From Lytechinus pictus (Eukaryota): a DNA stretch of 64,000 bases. Below the pieces are notes generated by a model that saw only the letters and a program-made list of their open reading frames with translations, searched no databases and was not told the DNA's origin. A program made the position numbers and the translations under genes. The stretch lies in NCBI RefSeq assembly GCF_037042905.1, contig NC_087246.1, forward strand, positions 45,570,001-45,634,000. Reading direction: 5' to 3'. Position 1 is the first letter of the stretch. Every line of letters starts with the position of its first letter. Shown here piece by piece: positions 26,201 through 39,119 of the stretch.

Positions 26201-29200
26201 TATAGCATTCAAATTTTGTGTTTTAGGTGGTGTGTCGATCACTGTTCTAAGGACACCCCTGATAAATTCGCATGACTTGTTTGAACTCGATTGCTCATAA
26301 AGATTTAGATTAGGGTTATGGGCCAGTGTTTGAACAGTCAGATAACTATTGGGCAAAAATCTGTATATGTGTTTACACAAAAGGAAGGTCTCCAGCATCT
26401 TCAGTTCAATTATCATCAAATTTATTGCAAGGCTGACATTATTACAAAATGGCTGTGTGATTGTCTTCAGATAAGGCTCCGCAAGGTATCATTTTTCATG
26501 TTACTGCCATTTTTGTTTTGATAACCCAGATTATTATATTGCTATTTGTATTATTATCATAATTATTGTTTTTTTTTTTTTTTGGGGGGGGGGGTCTTTT
26601 ATATTATTTCTTTATATTTCTTTGCTTGATTTGACGGCCTTTTCATTGTCATTCTGATGGTTCTGAGACTATAGGCGCCGCTTTTCCGACGGCGGCGGCG
26701 GCGTCAACACCAAATCTTTACCAAAGGTTAAGTTTTTGAAATGACAGCATAACTTAGAAAGTACATGGACCTAGTTCATGGAACTTGGCCATGATGTTAA
26801 TCAAGTAATACCAAACATCCTGCCCGAGTTTCACGTCACATGACCAAGGTTAAATGTCATTTATGGTCAACGAACTTAGACCATGTTGGGGGAATCAACA
26901 TCAAAATCTTAACCTAAGGTTAAGTTTTTGAAATGTCATTATAATATATGAACCTAGTTCATGAAACTTGGACATAAGGTTAATCAAGTATTACTGAACA
27001 CTCTGCTTGAGTTTTACGTCACATGATCAAGGTCAAAGGTCATTTAGGGTCAATGAACTTTGGCCGACTTGGGGGTATTTGTTGAATTACCATCATAACT
27101 TTTGAAAGATTATTGGTCTAGTTCATAAAACTTGGACATAAGTGTAATCAAATGTCACTGAACATCATGTGCGCATTTCAGGTCACATGACCAACGTCAA
27201 AGGTCAATGAACTTTGGCCATGTGGGGGGGGGGGATCTGTTGAATTACCATCATAACTTTTAAAGTTTATGGATCGGATTCATGAAACTTGGACATAAGA
27301 ATAATCTAGTATCTTTGAACATCTCATGCGAGTTTCAGGTCACATGACCAAAGTCAAAGGTCATTTAAGGTCATTGAACTTTGGCCATTTTAGAGGTAAT
27401 TATTAAATTGCTGTCATAACTTTCAAAGTTTATAGAATGATATAGTGTATAAAATGTGGATACAGGGGTAATCAAGTATCACTGACAAGTTTTAGGTCAC
27501 ATGATCGAGGTCAAATGTCAATGAATGTAGTATTGTATCATTATATGAATAGTGTTTTTTGTGAATATTTATTTTATAGTAGTTTTCAAAGTCAGCACTG
27601 CTGCTATATTGAATCACGTGATGCAGGTGAGACCGCCAGAGGCATTCCACTTGTTTAATTGGCATTTTTCAAAACATCAAACTGCTGAGTAGAGATTTAA
27701 AACCGGTATATAGGAAGGTGCAAGCTATTAAAGTTAGTTCCACCTCGGGGAAAATGTAATTTTTAGTAAAATCTTACAATTGAAATGGTACTGTCATCTG
27801 CATTTTCAATTGCGTTAACCGCTCGCCTCGCATACAAATCCGAAAAAAAGAGGAATGAATATTAGTTTTAATAACTATGTCTCGATTGTATTTCCAGCGT
27901 TATCTGTATTATTGGATTGATCTCCTTTATTTTAGGAAATATCGGGGAGAGGGGAGAGGGGATGGGCTTCATATACTAAGCGATTATTTTTAAATATGTA
28001 TTTCGTTGTTCAGATATGACACAATACTTTACGAAGTGATTAATGACATTCAAACAAACTAAAGATGATACATTTACATTGAAATTTGAAACAGGCGCCG
28101 AAGCTGCGGAAACGTTGATGGTGATGTCTGCTAGTTCAAGCTTTCCAATGGAGGATGTGGCCGCTGCAGCCCCTAATAGCCACCGGTGGATGCAGATATA
28201 TCCATACGTAGATCAAGAACTCACGTTAAGTTTTATTCGGAGGTCGGAGAGTCTGGGGTTCAAAGCCCTTGTCGTGACGGTGGATTCTCCAGTACGAGGA
28301 CTAGACAGTAGAATATCGGAAGCGTTCAGCCACCCTGACCTTGTGAATAACCCAGATGCTCGGTAAGTTACCATCTAAAGGCCAACTTTTACGACACGAG
28401 TCACGCGCGCGCGCTATGTTTCACTTTGTTTTAATCGTTCTTTAGCAGATTACAGACCTGTCTTGATATAGATAGACGTTGATATAGGCCTACTGTGTAA
28501 ACTTTAAAGTCATTTTGCGGACTAAATCTGTCCGACAAAAAATGTAAGACGGAGTAAAATTGTATTCTTTAGCAGTATAAGTGATAGGGCTTTCAGCATA
28601 AGTATCTGAAATCCCTGTACCATACTTCTTGTAAAGTAACTTATTTGAGAATGATCGTGCACCTTCATTTAGCTTTTAGAATATATTGTTCAACTGGTTT
28701 ATAAAGGTTTTGGAATGTTCGGGGTTTATATACTAGTAAATTTTGAATTGAATTGAATTATGCAGAATGGCGGCTTTGGAAGTTGATATCCCTTCCTCGC
28801 GTGAAGCCTTAGAAAGGGGTGATCACAAGCTCTACGAATATGTGAGGGAGATGCTGTATAATCCGAAATCAACCTGGGAGTATATAAGATGGATCCGAAG
28901 CAAGACTACTCTACCAGTCGTGTGCAAGGGTATACTAACGTGTAGGTACTCCACTGGATATTAAATTGAAAGCAAACCCGAGTATGTATATAAGTTTTAT
29001 AAATAAACCCACATTCAAGAAATGTTGGTTGTAGTAGGTCCATGGTTTGGTTTAGATTCCTTGACATGAAGGTCTAAAATGCGCCAAGAGTCATAACAGA
29101 TACACAGTTACTTGCATGTAATCAAGGGTATTGCTTCCATGGGAGACTAGTAGTAGTAATATTTTTGTAAGGATGTTTTATTGTATTCTCTCAAATCAAA

Positions 29201-31174
29201 AAAACATATTCACTTTCCATAAACAAGTTGTACAAATTATTTGAAACATGATTATAAATTATTTGTACTGAAAATTAATACTGTAGATACTGATGCGTTT
29301 CAACAATCACAAAATGAAATATTAACAAGATGTATTAAATGACAAGAGAGAAAATATAAACATTCTGATCGGTTGGTAATAAATGAAATGCAATGTCTGG
29401 CAAGTTTGTATGTTGTCGAGGTCAAATGAAATTGGAATTGCGGTTTTAAAATAGGGCTTTTCAAAACGTAAACTCTACATACAATAAACCAGAGGATTGT
29501 AAACTAAAACAATAAATAATGTACAAACGCGCCAAATCAATGTAATGTACTTTCATATATTTATATGACTATTCAGACGCTCAGAAGGCGTGTTTATGGA
29601 TTTTTTTTTTAATTGTGAAAGACATCGCGGGAATGTGAGTCGTGCTACATTACGTGGAATTTCGTCAAAATAATACAGGCAGGAAATGAATTTGAGGTAA
29701 ATTGTTTATTAATAATAATAATACAGGGTATTTATATTGCGCACATATCCACCTTGTTAGGTGCTCAAGGCGCTCCTATATTACCTGGCTAAGCTAGGCG
29801 TTCATAGCGCACACAGCTTTTTAAGGAATTACTTATTCTCGTACTATAGACGAATCTGCGCAAGCTGCTGCAAACGCAGGGGTCGATGGGATATTAGTGT
29901 CAGCTCACGGAGGAAGGCAGTTGGATGGCGCCCCAGCACCGGTAAATATTGATGGAAGTAAAATTGATAAATTCATATGATATCATTGCATTGGTAAACA
30001 AAAGTGCAAGTGTTATGCATTTAGAATCCTTCCAGTCGGGTATTCGTTTTGGAAACATTCGAATTCGCAAACTTCTCAAAAAGGCTCAACTACGCCACTC
30101 ATTCATAATGGGTATCTCCCTCTCACGTCCCTGAATATACAATACATCATAAATGATGCCATTCAACATGTCCAACAGGTTCGATGATGGAAGAAAAAAA
30201 AATCGAATTAGACATGACTTTACTTTTTCTTCAAGTGTCAAAGATTATTTGTTACATAAAAAAAGACAAGTTAAACGAAAATGTAAGGAGGAAGAGGCGC
30301 GCCTCTCAGACCTAAACGAATAATCAAAATATGCTTGCTTTCCCATTCGGACCCACACTGACTTCTATATGATTGTTGCATGAATCTTGACAGATCGACG
30401 CCTTGGCTGAAGTCGTTGACGCTGTCCGTGGAAGCGACGTTGAAGTCTATATGGACGGAGGGGTGAGGACGGGAACAGATGTCTTTAAAGCTTTAGGGAG
30501 AGGTGCACGAGCGGTGTTCGTTGGAAGGCCTATCTTGTGGGGGTTAGCATGCCAGGTAAATAATCACCATCGAAGAATGTGGCTTTTCAGTGGACCGGGG
30601 TAATGATTTTAATGTAAAATTCAAAATTTAGCAGTATGTTTTTGGAATTGTTCTCATCAGATTTTCAGAAATGAGAGACCTACTTGAATGACTTGCGTAA
30701 AAAGGAACGTGTATCCAAAGTGTAAATACTTTCCGAGTAGGCGAGTACTTTGTTTCGATTTTGATTTGAACTGGGCAATTTCATCAATTCGTATGGATTT
30801 TGAAGGATAAGTAGGAATTTTAACCCAACGTTGTGATCTCGCATGGTCTAATGGAGACTGAATGGAGTTTCAAGCCCTAGATTATGTACGTCTACCTGAC
30901 ATTCCATTTGGTGAATTTCAAAGTCCGATAAAATCACCTTAGCCTATATGATTTTTTGTTTGGTTTATCTGCAAAGTTTGGTGGAAATGACATTGATTTC
31001 ATTTTAACTTTGGTACATCCTTGATTGATTCTCAGAATACCAAAATGCCAATGTAGCTCTAATATCAATTCATCTCAACGCAGTATGTAATATTCATATC
31101 TTGAAAATGAGTGTTGTCCTACCTTTTTTGCTGTCTACTCTTTCACCTCTCTTTATTTCTTTCTCCCCTCCCTC

Positions 31175-31206
<32 letters not shown>

Positions 31207-34037
31207 TTCTTTTTTTTCTTTCGTTCTTTCTTTTTCCCTCGCTATCTCTCTCTCACCATGCTCACGCACTCATCCTCTCAATGTTTTTAAGGGCAAGCAC
31301 GCGGGAGGGTATATAAATATGACTGGGTAATAAATCAGAATTTTGCTTTTAATATTGTACGTTGATATCTTGTTATTGTATGAGTTTGTTTGGTGCATTT
31401 TATTCTGTATGTTATCCTTTCTAAATTGTATGTATTTCATTCATGTATTAAAAAAAAACAATTTTATCCTGTAATGTATGATTTAAATTTCATGAAAAGT
31501 CCCAATATAAATCATATACGGACACAATTTGAATTGAATTGAAAAAAAGAGCATTCTGGATACTCCCCTGGCATTAAAATGCTTACAATTTTCTTAATTG
31601 CTCTCAAACTTTCTTTGACCCGTGCTCTATGTTTTGTCTCGCCTGCATAGCAGAGCGAGACTATATAGGCGCCGCTTTTCCGACGGCGACGGCGACGGCG
31701 GCGTCGTCAACATTGAAATCTTAACCAAGGTTAAGTTTTTGAAATGTCATCAGAACTTAGAAAGTTCATGAAACTTAAAAAAAGTTTAATCAAGTATTAC
31801 TGAACATCCTGCCTGAGTTTCAGGTCACATGACCAAGGTCAAAGGTCACTTAGGGTCAATGAACTTTGACCATGCTGGGGGAATCAATATTGAAATCTTA
31901 ACCAAGATAAAGTTTTTGAAATGTTGTCATAACTTGGAAAGTATATGGACCTAGCTCATGAAACTTAAACATCACTGAACATCTTGCCCGAGTTTAAAGT
32001 CACATGACAAAGGTCTAATGTCACTTAGGGTCAACGAACTTTGACCAATTGGGGGTATTTGTGGAATTGTCATCATAACTTTGAAAATTTATGGATCTAG
32101 TTTATGAAACTTAGACATAAGATTAATTAATGAGATTAATTAAGTATCCCTCAACATCCTGTGCCCCTTTCAGGTCACATGACCAAGATCAAAGGTCATT
32201 TAAGGTCAATGAACTTTGGCCGTGTTGGGGGTATTTGTTGAATTGGCATCATAACTTAGAAAGTTTATGGATCTACACATGTAGTTCATGAAACATAGAC
32301 ATAAGGGTAATCAAATATGTTTTGCACATGTCTTAGGTCACATGATCATGGTCAAGGTCATGTTGGGTCAATGGACATAGTATTGAATTATCATATGAGA
32401 GTTTTCTTTTGTGAATAATTATTATATAGCTGTTTTCAAAGTCGGCACTGCTGCTATATCGAATCGCGTAATGCAGGCGAGACTGCCAGAGGCGTTCCAC
32501 TTGTTTTTTTTTACTGTTGTTTTGCGGGGTTTTAAGGCGCAGACCATTCAGATGTGATTATTTACGCCGATATTTATTGATTATACTTATTTTGAAAATG
32601 ATACATTGTACAAGTGTTTTCACACAAGCTAAAACATTTTCAAGGCTTTCATTTTTTTAAAAGACGATTCACAATTTTTCACAAAGATTCTGTGTTTGCA
32701 TATATCATTCAGGGTGCAGAAGGAGTCGAAAACGTTCTTAGTATACTCCGATCTCAATTAAGTGACGTGTTAGGATTGAGCGGTAAGACTTTTTTTATTC
32801 AACCAAACTTGTGGAGTCCTTCGAAGTGTTATTTTTATACAGTATGTCCCCGAAAAAACTGAGAATTTTCAGTGCTTATATATTGCATGTTATAATCCTG
32901 ATAATCATTAATTAGTGACACAAAAGAGATCAGGGCCCCGTCTTACAAAGAGTTCCGATTGATCTAATCAATCGTAACTCTATGGAAATCCATCAGTGTC
33001 ATAATTTTTTCTACAGAAAATTTGCAAAATGTCCTTTTTGAACAAAGGAGAACACACCAAATTGTCAAGAAATCAATGAATTTATGGATATACATTCATA
33101 TCTAGAAAAATTGTTAAACAAACATTTTATATGTTGACTTTGCTGGCTTTCCATAGTTGCGATAGTTGCGATTGATTCGCAACTCTCTGTTAGATGGGCC
33201 CCAGATCTTTTTCTTTCACCCGTTGCATACGCAGGGCCCTGGGAACGATTTCAACAGGGGGAGCTGGTTTAAATTCGACAAGCCAAAACAAAAGTTTTCA
33301 CTACAAAATGAAGGTTGACAAGCAAAAAATAAAAATAAAATAAAATAAAAACAAACAAAATGATACAAAAAAGGTTTCACTACAAAATGAAGGTCATTTT
33401 GTTGTTTTGGATCATTTCTGTTATTTAGCTTACCTTACATGATTTCCGGGGGGGGGGGTGCTGCCGTATGGGGAATTATACACGCATCACTCGTGCTTCC
33501 CAGTGCCATACGTCAATTTACACATGAACAAGTAAAGATTAGTACCCTCTTATCTGATTAGAGGGTCCGAAAATGTAAATATTTAAACATGGATAGGTAG
33601 GAAAATATGATTTTGCAAATAATATCTGAATATCAAAAAGAAATTCGCATTTCAAGAAATTTAATTTTCCTCACTTTGATGTTACATCATATCAAGAAAA
33701 TTAACCCGCAAATGATAAAACTACATTAATGAATATCTTTTAACACGATGCATGTGTCGGGTTAGAAATTTCCAACGGGTAAATTAATCATTTTTCTGTT
33801 GGGTATATTGACTATATTTTTCATCGATCTTTTACTTTGACATTTTAAAGGGACATTTTAAGAATTGCAAGTATTATGCTATATTTATTCATGTTGATTT
33901 TCTATTCATATGATATTTATTCTCATTGATTTATTTCAGGTTGCACGTCACCCAATACCATCCCTGAGGGTACAGTTGTACATGAATCATATTATCATCG
34001 TCAACCAAACCGGAAAAGAGACAAGAGCAAGTTATGA
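23129..34037 (+). CDS. HAO1: Peroxisomal FMN-dependent alpha-hydroxyacid oxidase (HAO1/glycolate oxidase-like), ~394 aa, 8 exons
   Basis: Exons 23129-23295, 25350-25501, 28095-28362, 28766-28941, 29850-29941, 30394-30555, 32713-32782, 33940-34037 total 1185 nt in frame. Motifs [49 protein letters not shown] and C-terminal PTS1 -SKL. The symbol denotes the family; this is probably a paralog. Confidence 0.92.
23980..24585. mobile_element. TTAA-specific non-autonomous DNA transposon (Kolobok-like), HAO intron 1
   Basis: TTAA on both sides, AG...CT termini, long imperfect TIRs including aacactgaaaatttcatcaaaatcggatgtaaaa. Confidence 0.82.
24870..25323 (+). mobile_element. HINE/DINE-1-like (Helentron-associated) element, copy 1, internally deleted
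   Basis: 5' gtctcgcctgcat..gcgagac hairpin, (GGC)n, central aaggtcaaaggtca repeats, ccacttgt end. Confidence 0.7.
25350..25501 (+). CDS. HAO-like exon 2
   Basis: [12 protein letters not shown]...[18 protein letters not shown]...AH; a different frame from the listed ORF. Confidence 0.88.
25922..26105. mobile_element. CACT...AGTG MITE (EnSpm/CACTA-like)
   Basis: cactct/agagtg termini, CA dinucleotide on both sides, internal tgggtaaaa repeats. Confidence 0.65.
26665..27655 (+). mobile_element. HINE/DINE-1-like element, copy 2 (5' truncated)
   Basis: Near-identical to 31636-32503, with an internal ~150-bp tandem array. Confidence 0.75.
28095..28362 (+). CDS. HAO-like exon 3
   Basis: [15 protein letters not shown]...[12 protein letters not shown]; acag/gtaagt borders. 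Confidence 0.92.
28766..28941 (+). CDS. HAO-like exon 4
   Basis: [23 protein letters not shown], containing the FMN-binding Lys. Confidence 0.92.
29710..29834 (-). mobile_element. 3' part of a tRNA-derived SINE
   Basis: Reverse complement of the SINE tail at 56900-56940 and 57647-57729; (ATT)n tail. Confidence 0.75.
29850..29941 (+). CDS. HAO-like exon 5 (catalytic His motif)
   Basis: [22 protein letters not shown]; tag/gtaaat borders. Confidence 0.92.
30394..30555 (+). CDS. HAO-like exon 6
   Basis: [38 protein letters not shown]. Confidence 0.95.
31636..32503 (+). mobile_element. HINE/DINE-1-like element, copy 3 (complete)
   Basis: Perfect subterminal IR gtctcgcctgcat/atgcaggcgagac, 5' hairpin, (GGC/GAC)n microsatellite, internal tandem repeats, T-rich flanks and no TSD. 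Confidence 0.8.
32713..32782 (+). CDS. HAO-like exon 7
   Basis: [23 protein letters not shown]; cag/gtaaga borders. Confidence 0.88.
32934..33201. mobile_element. PIF/Harbinger-like MITE
   Basis: TIR ggccccgtcttacaaagagtt / aactctctgttagatgggccc; CAG on both sides. Confidence 0.7.
33940..34037 (+). CDS. HAO-like exon 8, ends in PTS1 SKL
   Basis: [32 protein letters not shown]; tttcag acceptor. Confidence 0.88.
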
Positions 34038-35356
34038 TACACCGGGACTTCGAAGGATTTTTATATAGCAAAGAAAATAGGCATTCCCTTTATTTTCCGG
34101 TTCATAAAACTCCTGCATGTGAATTATTTTCTTGACTATGTAACGTGCGAGTATAAATTTCACTTAAGAAGGTCATAGGTTTGGGGTTCCCTCGATGGGA
34201 ATCTTTAGAAATTCAGAGTGTTTATTGTTGAAAAAGCCGGTTTTGCAATCAATGAAGGTGCAGTATTTTCACGACAAAATAGTGTTATAAAATGTACGTA
34301 CCTATCCAATATACGATTGACAGAAGTTGCTCAGGTAATGTGAGGCGTCTTTAAAGCCCGAATCCACCCCGCGAATAAGTTGTTTTGAAGGACATTGGTG
34401 AACATATCATGATAATTTGATTGTAAAATAAGAAGATTGTGATTAAAGCAGTTTACCCTACCAAATATTGATTTTAATGGAAAAAGAGAAATCAAACTAG
34501 AATAACACTGATTTTTTTTTACTGACAAATTGTAAAACCAAAAAAATAATAATTTCACAAAACATTTATATGCACATCCTTGTCGATTTGCAAATAAAGG
34601 CAACCAATGACATCACACACTTACTATTTTATTTGTATTTTTTGTTGTATTATTAATAGCAATGAATTGAGGGCAGTATTGCATAAATTCATTTTACAGG
34701 CGTTAAATAAGATTACAAAGTTTCAACTTACCCCGCGTTCCAACTAACCCCGATCTTCCCTATTTGTATTATAAAGTATCTTAATTTCTCCCCATTATAA
34801 TATTAAACAGATTTGACTCCTTAAATAAGTGAGATTGCCAACGTTACACCGTGATTCATGAAGATGTTTCTTTATTGCCAAAACTGCAAAAAAAATTGCA
34901 ATAGTCCGTGCTTGAAATCACAAGAAGTTGAGAATGAGTAACATCACTCGTATATTTTCATCTAACTGTGTTATGCGATTTGTGAAAAATAAGCGAAATT
35001 CAGTTTCAATAATTTTCTTATGCATCCGATTTCGATGTAATTTGTCAATCATGTCCTTGTTTGCTTTCCTCCATTTATTCAAATATCTTTCTATTTGTAT
35101 TTTTTAAATCTAATTTTTAGTGGAACTTTCCGTGTCATATTCATTTGATTTCACTGTAGTTTTATATCTACGTGCCGTTGGGGGGGGGATGACGTTTAAT
35201 TATTAACATTGTTATGGGCGATTCTATACATGTCGTACGGGAATTTTTGACAACAATTTATAGTCTTTTAGCTGAATGCTTGAGCAATAAAACTTTCTTT
35301 TGTTATGTCAATGATAAAGTTAAAGGGGTAGTCATGTGAAAAAATGATAACCAACA

Positions 35357-35474
35357 AAAATGTTTGAGTACGTGTGAATTAAAGGTGAACATGTAGTGTG
35401 TCGTACGGGACATTTCTGAGTCCCGTACGACACACTACATGTTCACCTTTAATTCACACGTACTCAAACATTTT
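35357..35474. repeat. Perfect 55-bp inverted repeat with 8-nt loop
   Basis: 35357-35411 is the exact reverse complement of 35420-35474; imperfect outer arms extend to ~35327 and ~35538. Confidence 0.92.
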
Positions 35475-35839
35475 CACCCCTAATTCATCAATTGAAAAAA
35501 TATTTTTGTTGGTTGTCATTTTTTTTACATGACTACCTAGTAGTACTTTAATATTACCACAAAAGAAATTGAAGTTACTCGTTTGTTTGGACAGCAGGCT
35601 GAAAAATGTTGAGAAAATTGTTAATTTTCCTAGCATGAAATTGCCCTTTTGAACAATAAACCAGTTCGTAGTTACTTCCTGGACAATTTTGGTCAAATGG
35701 CCTTTCATTACGATAGGCAGATTTCAAAGCAAGATATTACTTAAGCATGCCTTACATAGCACGATGAAGAAATTGAATAGACCAGTCGACTAGAATTATA
35801 GCACACCAATGAACACTCTATGAAGGTATTTGTTGCATT

Positions 35840-35996
35840 CAATGGCGGCGGAAGCCAAAAAAATTAGGGGGACCAGCAAAAAATTTTGACAAGCAAAAAA
35901 AAAAAAAAAAGGTTATCAACTAAAATTTTAGGGGGGATCGTCCCCCCACCTCAAATTTAGGGGGGGAAAGGTCACCCCGTCCCCCCGCCGCCTATG
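35840..35996. mobile_element. hAT-like MITE
   Basis: caatggcggcgg/ccgccgcctatg termini; exact 8-bp TSD GTTGCATT. Confidence 0.82.
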
Positions 35997-37338
35997 GTTG
36001 CATTCCTACTTTGAATGCACCAACATGTTGTTATAACAATGTTCGTGGCCAACGGTGAGATACCTATTCTTGTTTTTTGTGTGGATATAATGAAAAACAC
36101 AATTCAAAAGAATATATGAATCATCAAGACATCAAAGTTGATGTTTATCTCATTAAATATGAAACCACCATGTCACTTTAGTACCAATGACCTTCTTCTG
36201 ATCATGAGCAGAATGGCCCATCGGCTAATTCGCCGTGTCGGTGCAAGAACGCCTTATGGATAGCAAAATAGTTTGGGGCACCCAATCGGTGCAGAAACGC
36301 CCTTACGCAATGCCCTTATGCGTGTTGCTGAATGCATTAAAAAAAATTGTTTTAAAAAATCTAACAGAAGGCACTATCTTGCCATGTTGACATCTCGGCA
36401 AGTCGATGGCACTTTAACCTTCCGTTCTATTGTCTCCAAGCATCTATTTTCTAACCAAAGACGTGCTGGAAGCCTTATTTACTTAGTTGATTTTTTTTCT
36501 TCAAAATATGCCTTTGACGGCGACCTATTTCTATTCTTCTTTCATCGAATGGAATCGAGTCATGGGTGTCTCTACTCCTCTTTGAGACCTATACAGTAAA
36601 GTCACTAGCATATTCAGCATATCATATCAGCTATGACAAAGAAATGTATGGGTCCATGCACAAGCATAATAGAGTCACTATTGTCCCCAGATATTGGGCC
36701 CCTGAAATGCTTTGTAGGATCTGGTGCTGGATACTCACCTGAAAGTGATACAACATCAACGCTACAATAATATGAAAATTTGTATCATAAAATGAAACAC
36801 GATAAAGTGCATCCGACCCCAGACATGTGGGATTTTACCATTCTAGAATGATCGTTGTGTGTGTAGTTCATACTGCTACAACGTATTGCTCTATAACCTG
36901 AGCTGTTCAATTGGTAAAAAAAAATTAATAGGGATGGAACAGGAAGCTTGATGACGACGGAATTTTCGATTACAGGACTGGCATTGCAAGATATACGATT
37001 TCACACTCTGAACCGTGAAGAATAGAATTTGCAATAACTGCACATTAATTTGACCAAAATCTACTAATTTTCCAAAAATTGTGCTGGTAAAATGATTATC
37101 AATGAAAGTCATGTGATTTGTATATAGATCATGATAAAAAATCAGGTAAACATTGAAAAGCCCATCTATATGTCAAAGCTCCGTCATGATATTTTGCTGG
37201 ACCACTGAGTCAAGATAAGCTGAATAATGATGACGTAAAGTTTTTTTCATGAGGAACCAACTACGTCTTAAATTAATGGAAAATGATAAAAATAGTTGAC
37301 ATTTCATATTAAAGAATCAAGAAAACAATGTTCAGATA

Positions 37339-38588
37339 TGTGGCGTAACTACGGGGGGAATGGGGGGCACGCCCCCCCCCCCCCATCGGCTGGCAAAAAA
37401 AAACGGGGGAAAGGAGAAAAAGAGCGAGAAAGGGAGAGAAATGTAGAAATATTGTTCATTATAATGTTATTTGCTCAGGGTCTATATATGTCTTCATTGT
37501 CCAGGTGCTCGCATTGTCTGTTTAACAAGATATATAATCCTGTTGTACTAAAACCTCCCGTTTTCAAGTCAATATATACCAAATATATTTCCTCGCATTT
37601 CGAATTATTAGATATGTCTGCTCATCATGAATTCCTAAAATCAGTCCTTGAAATCTCCCTTTTTTCTGACCTGAATAAAAAAAAATTCAGCTTGCGCTTT
37701 GTGCTCGCATCATTTGGTTAGTGAAATACGCATGGTCTTCGTAGATTTCTACAAACAAGCCTTAGAATGCCCCTCTTCAGGTCTGAATTTCCTAAATTTT
37801 CAGCTCGCGCTTCGCGCTCGCAATATTTGATTAGTGAGATGCGTATGATAATCATGATTACAATGACTACAAAAAGGGGCTCATGTGTTTGGATGTAATT
37901 CTGTCAAAAAATTAGCAAGCGCTTGGCACTCGCGTTAGATGACTATGGTGAGATATGTATACTCTTAAAGGATTGCTTAAAAAATAAAAGTCCTTAAAAT
38001 ATCCCTGTTTGGGGGCAATATGTACAAAATTTCAGCTCGCGCTTCGCGCTCACATCATTTGGTTAGTGAAATACGTATGGTCTTCGTGAATTCCTACAAA
38101 CAAGAATTATGTCCCTCTTCAGGTCTGAATTTCGTAAAATTTCAGCTCGCGCTTCGCGCTCGCAATATTTGATTAGTGAGATGCTATGTTAATCATGATA
38201 ACAATGACTACAAGTGCTTCATGTGTTTAGATGACTATGATAAGATATGTATACTTTTAATGGATTCCTAAAATATAGTCCTTAAAATGTCCCTTTTTGT
38301 GGTCAATATATACAAAATTTTCATTTATCGAGACAGGTACGTATCATGATTACTAAAATTGGCTTATAATGTCAATTTTTAGGTCTGAATATCAAAAAAT
38401 TTCAGCTCGCGCTTCGCGTTCGCATTATGTGACCAGTGAAATACATATCCATTTAATGGCACTGTTCTTAAAATGTCTCTATTAGGTCAGTATACCTGGC
38501 AACTGAGCGCGCTTCGCGCGCTCACAAAGTGACTCAAAGTTTTTGCTGGTGCCCCCCCCCCAATGCCGTGACCCACGGTACGACACTG
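37339..38588. mobile_element. Longer copy of the 5063-5973 hAT-like family, opposite orientation
   Basis: Ends are reverse complements of the 5063-5973 ends; repeated cagctcgcgcttcgcgctcgc units. Confidence 0.82.
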
Positions 38589-39119
38589 TATGTTATTATC
38601 GGATTCCTCATTCGCATACCGTCAATAACGTGCAAATTACAATAAGAAAAACAATTTTTTTTTAAATGTCATAAATCATTCATTTAACATGCGATTTTAT
38701 TGAAAAAAAATGTTTTGCTTTTTTTTGCTATCGATGCGACTCAACCATTTGATCGGGTAAAGTTATCATTTATGAAGCAATGGAGTTGCAATTTACAGCG
38801 AACGACATGCATGAGAGCGACTTCTAACAAACTTTAGAAAAGAGAGTAAACACGAGGCACAAAGGCATATGCGGTATTGTTTTGTACTGTCTGTCAAGAT
38901 TTTTGTTTTATAAATCTATTCCATTTGTCCCACAAAATATTGCCGTTCCCAAGCATGTGCCCCTTTTGTCATTCTGCTGTGAACCGGTCGATATTCATGG
39001 TGACTTTACAATGATCGAGAAGGAATCTCATTGTCTCCCTGCAAGCATGCAAACAATTTATATTTCCTTTCTCCAGTCATTCATGCTGGAATAAAACCGT
39101 TAGCATAACAAGAAATTCA

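Noticed and set aside
26700-27520. Regularly spaced repeats resembling a CRISPR array
   Set aside because: Eukaryotic intron, degenerate tandem units without unique spacers, no cas genes.
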